DNA from: Zygnema circumcarinatum SAG 698-1b
Lineage: Eukaryota; Plantae; Zygnematophyceae
Direction of reading: 5' to 3'
DNA length: 39,392 nucleotides
NCBI GenBank assembly: GCA_037447605.1
Contig: JBBHKD010000021.1
Coordinates: forward strand, 1 to 39,392
Position 1 is the stretch's first letter, and each line of letters begins with the position of its first letter. Shown here piece by piece: positions 21,913 through 33,211 of the stretch. Both the position numbers and the translations under genes were made by a program. The notes under the pieces were generated by a model. That model searched no databases and was not told where the DNA came from. It was given only the letters and a program-made list of their open reading frames with translations.

Positions 21913-24900
21913 AGTGGTATCAGAGCCTCTGATGGTGATATACGGCATACCATCCCTATCTTTAAGGGAACTGACTACAAGGATTGGCGGTGGCAGATGA
22001 CAACCTTACTCCAGAGCAAGGGGCTGCTGAAGTACGTCAACGGGACGATCACACCACCTGCCAACTTCACCACCCTGTCTCCGGACGAGCTGGAGCAAAC
22101 GACGTGGTGGAAGAAGGACGTTCAAGTGAGGATGCTTATATCCTCAAGCGTCAAGGGGAATCCGGCAAAGATGCTGCGCGAGCTTCAGACTGCCCAAGAG
22201 ATGTGGCAGAAGCTCTCAGCCATCTACGACACCATCAACACGAACGTGAAGTTCGAGCTCTACGACGAATTAGTGCAATTGAAGATGGGTCAGACCGAGG
22301 AACTGACATCCTACGTCATCAGGTTCAGCGATCTGATGGACAAGTTCGTCATTGTCGCCAAGGCAATCGACAACGACCAGCAGATCGTCAGCTTCGTGAG
22401 AGGTCTGCCAGCCCGCTTTGCACCAACGATCAATTCGCTGAAGACCCTGCTCGTGAAAAACTCGCTCACCCTCGAGGAGGTTCAGATGCGGGTGAGAGCA
22501 GAAGAGAGCGCAATGAAGGGATCGAAGAAGTCGAGTCCCGAGGACGTCATGGTGGTCGAACAACGGAACGCCCAGAAGAAAGGTGACGCGCCGAGAACAT
22601 TCTGCAACTACTGCAAGCGAAAGGGACATCTCGAAGCCAATTGTCGCACTAAGAAGGCAGCTCAGGGCGGAGGACGCCCCAACAACGCTCCTCAAGGCGA
22701 CAAGAAGAAAGGCAAGGAAATGCTATGCTTTCAGTGTCAGAATCCGGGACACCTAGCCCGCAACTGTCCAGGGTCAGTAGCGGCTCAAGTAGAGGCAAGT
22801 CATATGGCTAGTGATGCCAAGCCCGCTGAATATGTAAATCAGATCTTTATGAATAAAGCTGATGTTTCACCGTGGCTTATAGACTCAGGTGCCTCAAAAC
22901 ATATGTGTGGTGATAAGTCTCTCTTCACAGAGATGACGTTGCTCGACCAGTCACGATTTGTGACATCAACAACCGGAGACGAGGTCTCCGTCACCCACAG
23001 TGGAGTCGTCCAGCTGTCACCCATAGGGGTAGGGACACCTTCCCAATTCATAATCGGTAGTGTACTACATACCCCAACCCTTAAGAATAACTTCTTTTCG
23101 GTTAGTCAGATCTGCAAGGGCGGATACGAGGGTGTCTTCAGGGAGGAGTCCTGCAAGATAGTGCACAGAAAAACGAAAAAGGTTCTATGTAGAGGGACTC
23201 AGAGGGACGGACTTTACTATCTAGACTGGTTTTCTTCTAGCAAGGAGTTCGTCTCATCCGTGCGTACTGGGAGTACACGCGAAGGATCAACGCGAGCCTC
23301 TCACGGCTCGCTCAACGATCAGGAGCCTGCCCGCGCCACGGCCAGCGCGACGAGCAAAGGATCCGCGCGCAAGGGAGCGCGTGAAGGTGGGGAGACGAAT
23401 CACGCTAGGGGACGCCCAGAAAGCGAGATACGCGTCCACGAGCCTGCTCACAACGGAAGGAGCAGCGACAGAGGAGTCGCGCCCACCTCGGGGAGGGAGC
23501 GCGAAGGCGGGGCCGCGCGCGCTAACGACAGCGCGCTCAAGGACCGTAGGGTGGCGAACCCGAAAAGTGGAGTTCGCGACGGTACGGAATCGTACGGAAC
23601 CCATGTCGAGGTACAAAGTTCCAAATCGACTCGCCGTGACATGACAAGTCGAAATCATCTAAAGAGTACAGAGACCGGCTTCATTGAAGGAAAGGAATCC
23701 GTACAAGAGGCTTCAGACGCGGCGCATCTGTGGCACCGCCGACTTGGTCATTTGTCGTATAGCGGCCTGAAGGCCCTTGCGACCCAGAACCTCGTTCGAG
23801 GACTTCCCGTTGCGAAGATCTCGACACCAGAAGCTGTCTGCCCCGACTGCGCGGCGGGCAAGATACACCGTTACCCTTTCAAGAGCTTTGGAGCGGACAA
23901 GCATCGCGCATCCAAACGGCTGGAGTTGGTGCAAAGCGACCTGTGCGGACCGATCACTCCCACGTCAAAGGGCGGTGCAAGGTACTTCATCACCTTCCTT
24001 GATGATTACTCACGGAAGATATGGGTTGTACTGCTGAAGTACAAGAGTGAGGCGTTTGAGACCTTTCGGACCTGGCAGAAAGAGGTAGAAAGGCAAACCG
24101 GAGAGAAGATTCAAAGGATCCGAACGGACAAAGGAGGAGAATACAGGTCCCTCCAATTCTCTGAGTACCTTCAGTCATTAGGGATAAGACACGAGTTCAC
24201 CGCGCCCTACAGCCCTTAGAGCAACGGAGTTGCTGAGAGAGTGAACTGCACCCTAGGCGATATGGCACGGGCCATGCTGAGTGAGTCCCCCTTTCCATTA
24301 GACTTTTGGGGAGAGGCAATCCTCAGTGCAGCTTACATCCGGAATAGATGCCCCTCCTGTGCCCTGAAAGATGAGCGTAGAGTACCTGAGGAGTTGTGGA
24401 GTGGCAATAAGCCTACGGTTCAGCATCTTAGAGTCTGGGGCTCAAAGTGCTGGATAGCGATTCCAAAGACCAAGCTGGAGACGAAGTTTAGCCCACGAGG
24501 AGAGTTTGGATACTTCCTCGGCTACAACACCGATAGCTTGACGTATCGGGTATGGAATCCCTCCACTCAGAAGGTCATGAGTAGTCGTGACCTTACAGTC
24601 GATGAGAACACCAAGGTGGAGCAGAAGGTGCGGACGAGCGTGGAGCAGCTTCCCGACATTGAGTTCTTACCAGTGCGGGACGTCATAGGAAGTGAGATGC
24701 TACCACCCCCTACCGAGGCCCCCTTGTCCCCAGCGACAATGGAGTCGCAAGAAGAATTCCCTCAGCGCCCGGAGGCGCTGCAACGACCCTCCCCGACACC
24801 TCAAGAGGAGCTGCACGGAGGAGAAGAGCCCGAAGAAGACAACTTTGAGCAAGAATCCACGGAGGAAGAAGCGATTGAGGCACCGGCACCGCGTCCTTGG

Positions 24901-26691
24901 ATACCGCGTCATGGTATGGATCCACCCCTGTATGCCAATGCTAAAGGGTTCACGCCAAACTACGGCACGAAACCACCGCTTAGAAATAGGCGACAACCAG
25001 ATTGGTATGGGAGAGGAGGACCTCTGAAGATGCCGACGATAAGGAGTGAGGAACCAGAAGAGAGAGTTCCCCTCGACTCCGCCGATTTTGCGAGAATGGC
25101 GATCTGCTTGATGGCACACGAAGGAGAGCCGCAAACGTACTCTGAAGCGTTGGAGTGCGCAGACGCAGCCAAGTGGAAGGTGGCCATCAAGAGTGAACTC
25201 GACAGCCTAATGGAGAACGGAACGTGGCGATTGGAGCCGCTACCTCCAGGCCGCAAGGCCATAGGCTGTAAGTGGGTCTTCAAAGTCAAGAGGAAATCAG
25301 ACGAAAGTGTGGACAGATATAAGGCGAGGTTAGTGGCGAAAGGTTTCTCGCAGAAGTACGGGATAGACTACTCAGAAACATTCGCACCCGTTGTCAAGTT
25401 CAACTCTCTAAGGTCACTGATTTCTATAGCGGCTGACGAAGGAATGCATGTCCATCAACTGGACATCAAGACTGCCTTCCTCTATGGGGAATTAGAGGAG
25501 GTGATCTACATGCAACAGCCGGAGGGGACGGTTGAACCAGGAACCGAGCACCTCAGCTTCAGACTTGTGAAGAGTCACTCAAGCAAGCTCCAAGGATCTG
25601 GTATCAAAGGATACACGACTTGCTTCTGAAGAATGACTTCACACGCTTCGAAGCAGACCACTCGGTCTACAAGAAGGGCGAAGGAGCGGCTCAAATGTTC
25701 GTCGCGATCTACGTTGATGACCTGATCATTGTGAGCGCCTCCATGGTGAGCATTTAGGGTCTCAAGGGGTCTCAAGGACCTGTTGAGGCAAAATTTTCAG
25801 ATGAGCGATCTTGGACCTGCAAAATATCTCTTAGGAATTCAGCTTAAGAGGGGGAAGGACAGCAACATGTTCCTAAGCCAGGAGAAGTACGCTAGGGAGG
25901 TCCTAGCACGCTTCAGAATGGACAAATGTAAGCCCAGCTCCTCTCCCATGGATGGGAGTACGCCGCTGAGTCAGGACATGGGTCCTCGGACGGGAGCGGA
26001 GAAGAAGGAGATGGCGGGGATTCCGTACAGGTCTGCGATTGGCAGCCTGATGTACCTTATGATTGGAACTCGACCGGATCTTGCTAAGGCAGTGAGTACG
26101 GCCAGCCGGTACATGGAGAATCCCGGATTACAGCACTGGGAATGCGTCAAGAGAATCTTCCGATATCTCAAAGGGACGCTTCACTATGGAATCCGATTTG
26201 AGAGGGGGAGCGCCAGCGAAGTGTACGGATACACTGACGCTGACTGGGGAGGAGACCCGGATACGGCCAAATCCACTTCTGGATACGCATTCTTAAATGC
26301 GGGTGGCGTCATCTCGTGGAGTTCAAAACTGCAAGAATCAGTAGCATTATCATCTACCGAATCTGAGTACATGGCTACGTGTCACGCTGCCAAGGAGGCG
26401 GTGTGGATTGCGATGTTCTTTGAGGAGTATGGGCGGCCACAAACTCCCGTGCAGATTCTCTCGGACAACAAATCTTCCATCGCGCTGATTGGAAACCCCG
26501 TGTTTCATCGGAGAAGCAAGCATATCAAGATTCAGTACCACTTCACTCGAGAACTGGTGGATGCTGGCGAAATCGCCGTGTTATTCGTACGGACGGCTGA
26601 CATGGACGCTGATATGCTAACGAAGGGCGTCAACGGACCGACAATGTGGAGAAACAATCATCTCCTAGGTTTGGGCCCCTTCAGAGCCTAG
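21844..26691 (+). pseudogene. gag-pol: E gag-pol polyprotein; stop at 24217, frameshift ~25577, stop plus short duplication ~25755
   Basis: ORFs 21844-24219, 24241-25629, 25783-26691 carry Gag, 2 CCHC, DSGAS, HHCC, DDE, RT and RH motifs. Confidence 0.96.
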
Positions 26692-26706
26692 TCCCAAGAG
26701 GGGGAT

Positions 26707-27571
26707 TGTTGTGCGGCGCTAGAGACCGTACAACTATTGGACATAGTCTCTAGGGCATGAAGGACTTAGGCGCGAACGCCAAGCGACAAGGATGGTCGCG
26801 CGGGCGCGGACGCGGAGTTAACTTCTTGGTACCGTGACGTGACAAACCGAACATATTTCAGGCGTACGGCCGACGGGACGCGCGACGCGACTAAGGGACG
26901 CGGAGCGCGAAATGTGAACGTGGGCGCGACGTGACAAGTGTTTGCGGGCGCAACTCGGAACTGAAACTGAGAAGTTTCAGTCAGGCGCGAAACGGAATTT
27001 GCGCACACCGCGTTTTGGTACGCGTTCTGGGAACTTGTACGGACGCGACGGCGAAGCGGCAAACGGCGCTAAGTGACTACCCACTAAAAGGTGACCGGAA
27101 GCCGGCTATGGCGGGTGAGAGACCACTAAGCAAGCGGTCCAGCCCTTGCAAGATGGCAACCGTGATAGGGTCACGGCTTGCAGAGCTACTTAAGCGGCTC
27201 CATGGGGAGCTGTTGGTACCCTGAATCGACCCTGAACCTTTATGGGGAGGTTCACGCCTCATACTACCGCATAGGGGAGCAGTGCATTCCCGGAGTGTAG
27301 GTAGCGAGCTGAGGAAGGGTCGAGTAGTCAGTGGCAGCCGTATCAAAACGCTTCCGCGGAGCATAGGATAGAACCAGCGTCAGGAGTAGAGACTGCCTGC
27401 ACCTGTTGTATCTTTCCTTTGTATAAATAAGAGGTTTTTCGGCCGGTGGGCTTTTCTCCTACATTCTGTCACACAGTTCCAGCTTGACGATCGACAGTCA
27501 GCATGGCCGCGACAGATGCGAGTGAAGACACGACGAGAGGAGGTTCGGTGTATGACACATCATCCTCAACA
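26707..27571 (+). repeat. 3' LTR of E
   Basis: About 10 substitutions versus the 5' LTR by hand count. Confidence 0.95.
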
Positions 27572-30403
27572 AAGGTTAGTCTGCGAGGGCCTGTATTGAT
27601 CAGGCCTCCTCACCACGCGGGTGCTCCTCCGCGGTCCTTGCGTTCTCCCACTCCTTGAGTTGAAGAAAATCCCCGGGACAAACCCGGGAGGCATGCTTGC
27701 CAACATCGCCTCTCTTTCAGCCGTCTCCAAGTCCTTAGACTCCTGTCCATGTAGCGGCACAGTTTCGGCCGAGTTCTCCTCGTCTGACAGGTGAGTGTGT
27801 AGTGGAGCCGTTTCCGTCAAAATCTGCGGCTCTCCCGCTTGCGGCACTTCGGGTTCAGCTCCCACGGCCGCTTCGACGCTTGGTAACGTTTCCGGTTCAG
27901 CTCCTTTGCTCTCGGGCGTGCTGACCTCCTCCAAAACAAGGACCTGGATGGCATCAACGCCTTCTCCCCTGGTCTCCACGTCTTCGTACACAATCTCCAA
28001 CTCTGTCTTTGGGGGTCGGGTCTCACCTAGTCGTGTCGCCGCCCCTCTCTCATCCACCGTGATGTCCCTCGAACTCTGAACCTCGTTCACCCGAGGGTTC
28101 CACATCCTGTAAGTGTGGCTGTCGGTGTTGTAGCCGAGGAAATACCCCTCCACGGCTCGAGGATCGAACTTCCTCGTTTTCTTCGCCTTCAGCACTGCCG
28201 TCCAGCAGCGCGCTTCGAAAGCCTTCAGGTGGGACACCGTGGGCTTCCTCCCACTCCACACCTCTTCAGGAACCTGTTCCTTAAGAACAGAGGACGGGCA
28301 TCTATTTCTAAGGTAGGTGGCAGTCATCACTGCCTCTCCCCAAAACGATGCTGGAAAGGGGAAATCAATCAACATGGTCCTCGCCATGTCCCCCAGCGTC
28401 TTATTTACCCTCTCAGCAGCTCCATTACTTTGAGGGGAGTAAGGAGCAGAAAATTCATGCCTTATTCCGCGAGTCCTCAAGTACTCGCCGAATTCCTTCG
28501 ACTTGAATTCCCCTCCGTTGTCCGAGCGCAGAGTCTTCAGCTTGGATCCGCTCCTTCGCTCCATCTGTACGTGCCACTCTTTGAAGGCTCCGAAAGCCTC
28601 AGACTTGTTCTTGAGAATTTTCACCCAGATTTTCCTCGAAAAATCATTGAGAAATGTGATGAAATATCGGGCTCCACCAGTCGTTGCCGGTGTCACGGGA
28701 CCGCAAAGGTCGGTGTGAACCAGACCCAGCTTCTCTTGCACATGGAACGTGTCCTCTCCACTCCTCGCGAATGGTTTTCTGTGCGCCTTCCCCTCTATGC
28801 ACTCATTGCAAAACCCGAGCTCCTTCTCAACTATATCTACATCTAACCCGCGGACCAGCCCCCTTGCGGCAAGCTGTTGCAGTCCCCTATGGTTCAGATG
28901 ACCAAGTCTACGATGCCAAAGATTTACTGCACTTTCAGATATTGCCATTACCCCTTCATCTTCCTCTCTTCTATAATGAAGGTAATATAGGCCTCCCTTT
29001 TCATACCCCTCAAACAGCCGCTTTCCGGTCTCCAAATGAGTAGCCACGCATGACTTCTCCCTAAAGGTAATCTCATACCCCTTCTTACACACTTGGCTAA
29101 CAGACATAAAATTCTGTTTCAGCTCAAGGGTGTGTAGAACATCACCGATGCACAGACGCTCTTCTCTCTCTTCTTCGTAGATGATGGAGCCGTCTCTGAG
29201 TCGCATCTTGACCACTCCTCCCTTCGTGACTGTCACTCCCTCTCCGGTTGCCGAGTGAACAGATCGGGTCCTCTCCAACGTATCCAACGTGGAGAACATC
29301 TGCTTGTCGCCACACATGTGCATGGAAGCGCCAGAGTCAATCAGCCATGGCCGCTTCAGATCCAGAACCTGGATCTTCCCAACAAAGTCAGAATTTTCTG
29401 TGAGCATGAGGTTCGTCTCCACCGCCACTTTGCAATCTGCAGTCTTGTGGCCTCTCTTCTTGCACTTGAAGCAGATTCCCTTGAACCCCTTCTTGCCGGA
29501 TGACGAAGCTCCTCCTCCCCGATCTGGGGTGCTCTTGTTCTTGAAGCAGTTCGCCGAGTAGTGGCCAGTCTTGCCACACGTGTAACACGCTCCCGCGGGG
29601 CGTTCACCTCGGTCTGTCTTCAACGTGCCTCCTTTTTGGTCTTGACGCGAGTGCAGCGCCAGCACCCTCTCTTCGGTGCCGCCAACGTCTTGGACTGTAT
29701 CCTCCTCCTCAATCCTTCGCTTCACTTGCTCAAGGGTCATTATGGAGTTCGTTAGTACTGTCCTAAGAGCCGCAACTGCCACATCAAACCGACCAGGCAG
29801 TCCTCCTAGAAACTTGCTGATCTTATGGTCCCCCTCTAACAGTTTCTGCAAGGCTATGAACCTCTCCATTAGAGTGTCAAATCTGACCATATATTCCCCT
29901 AGTTTCTCATCTGAGGACATCTTCATCTTTCCTAGCTGCGTGTAAAGGCTGACAATTGTCACGTTATCCTTTACATCATACATCTCTTCTAAGCACCTCC
30001 ACATAGCATGTGAAGTCTTGAGATCGTACAGCATAGACGAGGGACTTCCCCTCACACTCATGACGATCTGGGTAAGGGCCTTGTTATCCTTAGCCATCCA
30101 TCTGACGAGCGCCGTGTCGTACTCCGACTGCTGCTCCGCCGTGGCTCCCTCCGGCAGCACCGGTGCCTTGATGGTGCCGTCAACGTACCCGAGTAACCCC
30201 TTGCCCACGAGCAAGGGGACCAGCCGCCATCTCCACCCCTTGTAGTCCGAACCATCGAACGCTGGGATGCTGAACTTCACGTGGTCCTCCTCGCCACCAT
30301 AGGCTCTGATACCACTTGTTGAAGCAGGGGACTGTTCGCTGCCTCCGCCAACACCTCGTGTGTCGCCCTCCACGGGAACACGTGTTCCCACTGAAGATGA
30401 CAT
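27572..30403 (-). pseudogene. gag-pol: D gag-PR-integrase, open up to the E insertion
   Basis: ATG at 30403 inside the LTR; CYTCGKTGHYSANC, CFKCKKRGHKTADC, DSGAS, WHRRLGH, RSDNGGEF. Confidence 0.95.
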
Positions 30404-31236
30404 TTCCACTTTATCACTCTCAAGGCTCTATCTCAATTCAATCATCGCCCATAACTCATAGAAAGAATATCAGAGATAAGCACAGCGGATAACAACTGAG
30501 AGAAGTGTAGGAGAAAGCTCACGGCTCTAAAACTCCTTATATTAAATGTCCACCCACATGAAGTTCTCCCACCAAAATGCTAGTTCTCTTACTCACTACC
30601 TCACGACACAAGTAAGGCAGCCCAGCAGCACGAGCAGGCACAGAATAAGAAACTAGTGTGGTTAACTTCTACATAGTAAAACTAATCACTATATACTTAA
30701 CATGGCGCTGTGACGTGACATGCTGTGACGTGACACACATGTCACGTCACGGCCGCCATTGCCAGTCCTTGCAAACCGGCCGAGCGGCGCACTGAGACGT
30801 AGTGCGCTACGTCATCATTCTCGTAAACCTACGGCGGCGCCGACCTACAATCGGCTCCTTCGTACAGTTCTGTCGTTTCACTAGCCTCAGTCAGCGATCT
30901 CCGCGCGCCGACTTCCGTCCGTACATTCGAATCCGCGGACCCACTCAGCGAGTGGTGCGCGTGTCGCGTCGTGATTTGCCGCCGACTTGGCCGCCTGACA
31001 TTTTCTCCGTCGCATCCGCGCCGCAAACCAGCGCTCCGCGATCCGCGTTTGCGCCTAGACCAATCAGCGCCGCTCGTCATTACTCCGCGCACTCGCGGCG
31101 CACTCGAAGAGTTTAAGGCGCTGACGTCATCCTAAATTAGTCTAGAAGCACAACTACTAGCGTAACCTAACAAAGTACCACAACAAGTTAGTGCGTGTTC
31201 AATACAATGTCTATCTATGATACACTAACACTAACA
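30317..31236 (-). repeat. 5' LTR of D (920 bp)
   Basis: TG..CA, PBS adjacent, 15-bp duplication of the palindrome arm at ~30708-30722. Confidence 0.95.
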
Positions 31237-31241
31237 CGGAC

Positions 31242-31375
31242 GAGGGGATGCACGTCCACCAGCTGGACATCAAAACGGCATTCCTCTATGGAGATCTCGA
31301 GGAGGAGATCTACATGCAGCAACCGGAGGGAACGGTTGAACCAGGAGCAGAGCACCTCGTCTGCAGACTTGTCAA
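31242..31375 (+). pseudogene. pol: B RT continuation, ends at assembly gap 31376-31691
   Basis: [30 protein letters not shown]. Confidence 0.9.
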
Positions 31376-31691
31376 NNNNNNNNNNNNNNNNNNNNNNNNN
31401 NNNNNNNNNNNNNNNNNNNNNNNNNNNNNNNNNNNNNNNNNNNNNNNNNNNNNNNNNNNNNNNNNNNNNNNNNNNNNNNNNNNNNNNNNNNNNNNNNNNN
31501 NNNNNNNNNNNNNNNNNNNNNNNNNNNNNNNNNNNNNNNNNNNNNNNNNNNNNNNNNNNNNNNNNNNNNNNNNNNNNNNNNNNNNNNNNNNNNNNNNNNN
31601 NNNNNNNNNNNNNNNNNNNNNNNNNNNNNNNNNNNNNNNNNNNNNNNNNNNNNNNNNNNNNNNNNNNNNNNNNNNNNNNNNNNNNNNNNNN

Positions 31692-32610
31692 NGATTTAGT
31701 AATGTCGGTGCTTTGACTTAAGTGAGTGCGCCGCGAGTGCGCGGAGTACGAACGAGCGGCGCTGATTGGTCGCGAAGCTGACACGAGTGCGCGGAGTACG
31801 GAGTCACGACTTTTGATTGGTCGAGGCGCGGCCGCGGATTCGTGAAGTACGGACGCGCGAGACTCTGATTGGTCGCGGCGCGGGCGCGAAACGCGGAGCG
31901 CAAAGTTGCGGCGCGGAAACGACATGGAAGATATTTGGCGGCGAATCGGAATGCGCCACGTGGACCACTCGCGATGTGGGTCCGCGAGTTTGAGTGTACG
32001 GCCGAGGTGTCGGCGGGCGAAGACCGAAGGAGCGCTGGCGAAACGGCGAAACTGTACGGACGGATGTACGAGCCGACAAGAACTAGGTCGGCGCAGCCGT
32101 AGGTTTACGAGGTCACTAGCTGGTCGCTATTCCTGAGTGCGCCCACTCAGACTCTGTGCATGGGCTTGCAATGGCGGACGCGACGTGACATGTGTGTCAC
32201 GTCACGGACGCCATATTATATATAGTTGTTAGTTTGACTATGGGAAATAACCCACCCACACTAGTCTGTCATAGTCTCGGGTCTTACTCTGTGCCTGCTC
32301 GTGCTGCTAGGTTGCCTACACTTGTGTCGTGAGGTAGTGAGTAAGAGGGACCTTGAAGTAGTGGGAGAACTTCATTGTGGGGAAGACATTTTATTATAAG
32401 GAGTTTTAGAGCCGTGAGCTTTCTCCTAACTCTCTCTCTTTGTGATTTCCGCTGTGCTTATCTTGAAGCTTCATTCTGTAGTTATGGGCGATGAGTGAAG
32501 TAAGGTAGAGCTTTGAGAGTTGAATGTCTTCATCGGTGGGAACTCAAGTTCCAATGGAGGGCGACACCCGAGGTGGCGCCGGAAGCGGGGAGCAGAACCC
32601 TGCTTCAACA
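31692..32610 (+). mobile_element. LTR F (D-related family; solo or 3' LTR) inserted in the 3' LTR of B
   Basis: Diverged homolog of the D LTR in opposite orientation. Ends CCCTGCTTCAACA with no PBS after it. The left end is in the gap, so the TSD (CGAAT) cannot be confirmed. Confidence 0.85.
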
Positions 32611-33211
32611 CGAATGTGCACGGACGCGAACGGGGGAGGGCGCGCGGAGTCGCTAAGTTGAGGAACTGTACGGACGCGCGGATCCACTCTCCAACCGGCA
32701 AAATAGCGACTTTGGAGAGGAAGACGGCAGCCAGAAAAGCTCCACGGGCTAAGAGAGGGGACCATCGCCAACGAAGCGCCATGGGTCCCCTACTGCCAGG
32801 AGGCAGGCCTTTGAAAGACGGCAGAAGGTGACTGGGTCACCTGCTGCCGCTACAACTTAAGCTGCTCAGCTGCGCTGATTAGATTAACCTCATACTGCAC
32901 GCCAATGGGGGTGTGTAGCGAGCTGAGGCCGAGCCTGTAGTCAAGGGGAAACTGTGTTGCTAGTCTTGGGAATAGAAAGCGGGGTAGTGCAAGCTGCATT
33001 AAGCAGTATGGGGCTGCGTGAATCTGTTGTACTCCACCTCCAAGGAAATCAGAGTTTTATGCCCGGTGGGGCTTTCTCTATCTCTCCGTCTCTTGTCTCA
33101 CATCTGTCTTGAGCTTTCCTTTCGCGAACAGCTGCTGCGAAGATGTCTACGACTGAAGAGCCGAGTGGAGGCGACTCTATCGAAGGTGGTTCCACGATGG
33201 AATTACCAACA
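32611..33211 (+). repeat. 3' LTR of B (distal part)
   Basis: 32777-33211 matches 6411-6864; ends TACCAACA, followed by G RT sequence rather than a PBS. Confidence 0.9.

Larger units (their letters stand above)
17508..22395. repeat. 2.45-kb near-identical direct duplication (17508-19946 vs 19957-22395) split by a 10-N gap; probable unmerged contig overlap
   Basis: Both copies include the same D/E junction. The breakpoint coincides exactly with the Ns, and only a handful of differences are visible. Confidence 0.85.
21048..27571 (+). mobile_element. Ty1/Copia element E, full-length, nested antisense in the IN-RT linker of D (duplicate 5' end at 18599-19946)
   Basis: 865-bp LTRs 21048-21912 and 26707-27571, PBS 21915-21926, PPT 26696-26706, TSD AAGGT (21043-21047 / 27572-27576). 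Confidence 0.97.
16135..31236 (-). mobile_element. Ty1/Copia element D, nested antisense in the RT of B; hosts E
   Basis: LTRs 30317-31236 and 16135-17053, PBS 30303-30314, PPT 17054-17064, TSD CGGAC (16130-16134 / 31237-31241). B reads ISIAAD|EGMHVHQLD across it. Confidence 0.96.
6411..33211 (+). mobile_element. Ty1/Copia element B, host of C, D(+E) and F; itself inserted in G
   Basis: 5'-truncated 5' LTR 6411-6864 matches 32777-33211. PBS 6867-6878. Coding pieces 6796-8513, 14592-16134 and 31242-31375 rejoin in frame when C and D plus one TSD each are removed. The rest of RT/RH falls in the gap 31376-31691, so linkage of the 3' LTR is across that gap. Confidence 0.88.

Noticed and set aside
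17508-22395. Apparent three-LTR / tandem E element
   Set aside because: The duplication breakpoint is exactly a 10-N gap and the copies are nearly identical, so an unmerged contig overlap is the simplest explanation. Needs long reads.
26691-26706. env-like extra ORF (Sirevirus type)
   Set aside because: The PPT and 3' LTR follow the pol stop within ~20 bp in A, C, D, E and G.
28115-28846. Long antisense or alternative-frame ORFs over pol regions (also 21984-22586, 22270-22695)
   Set aside because: Expected shadow ORFs in GC-rich coding DNA; not conserved between families and without recognisable motifs.
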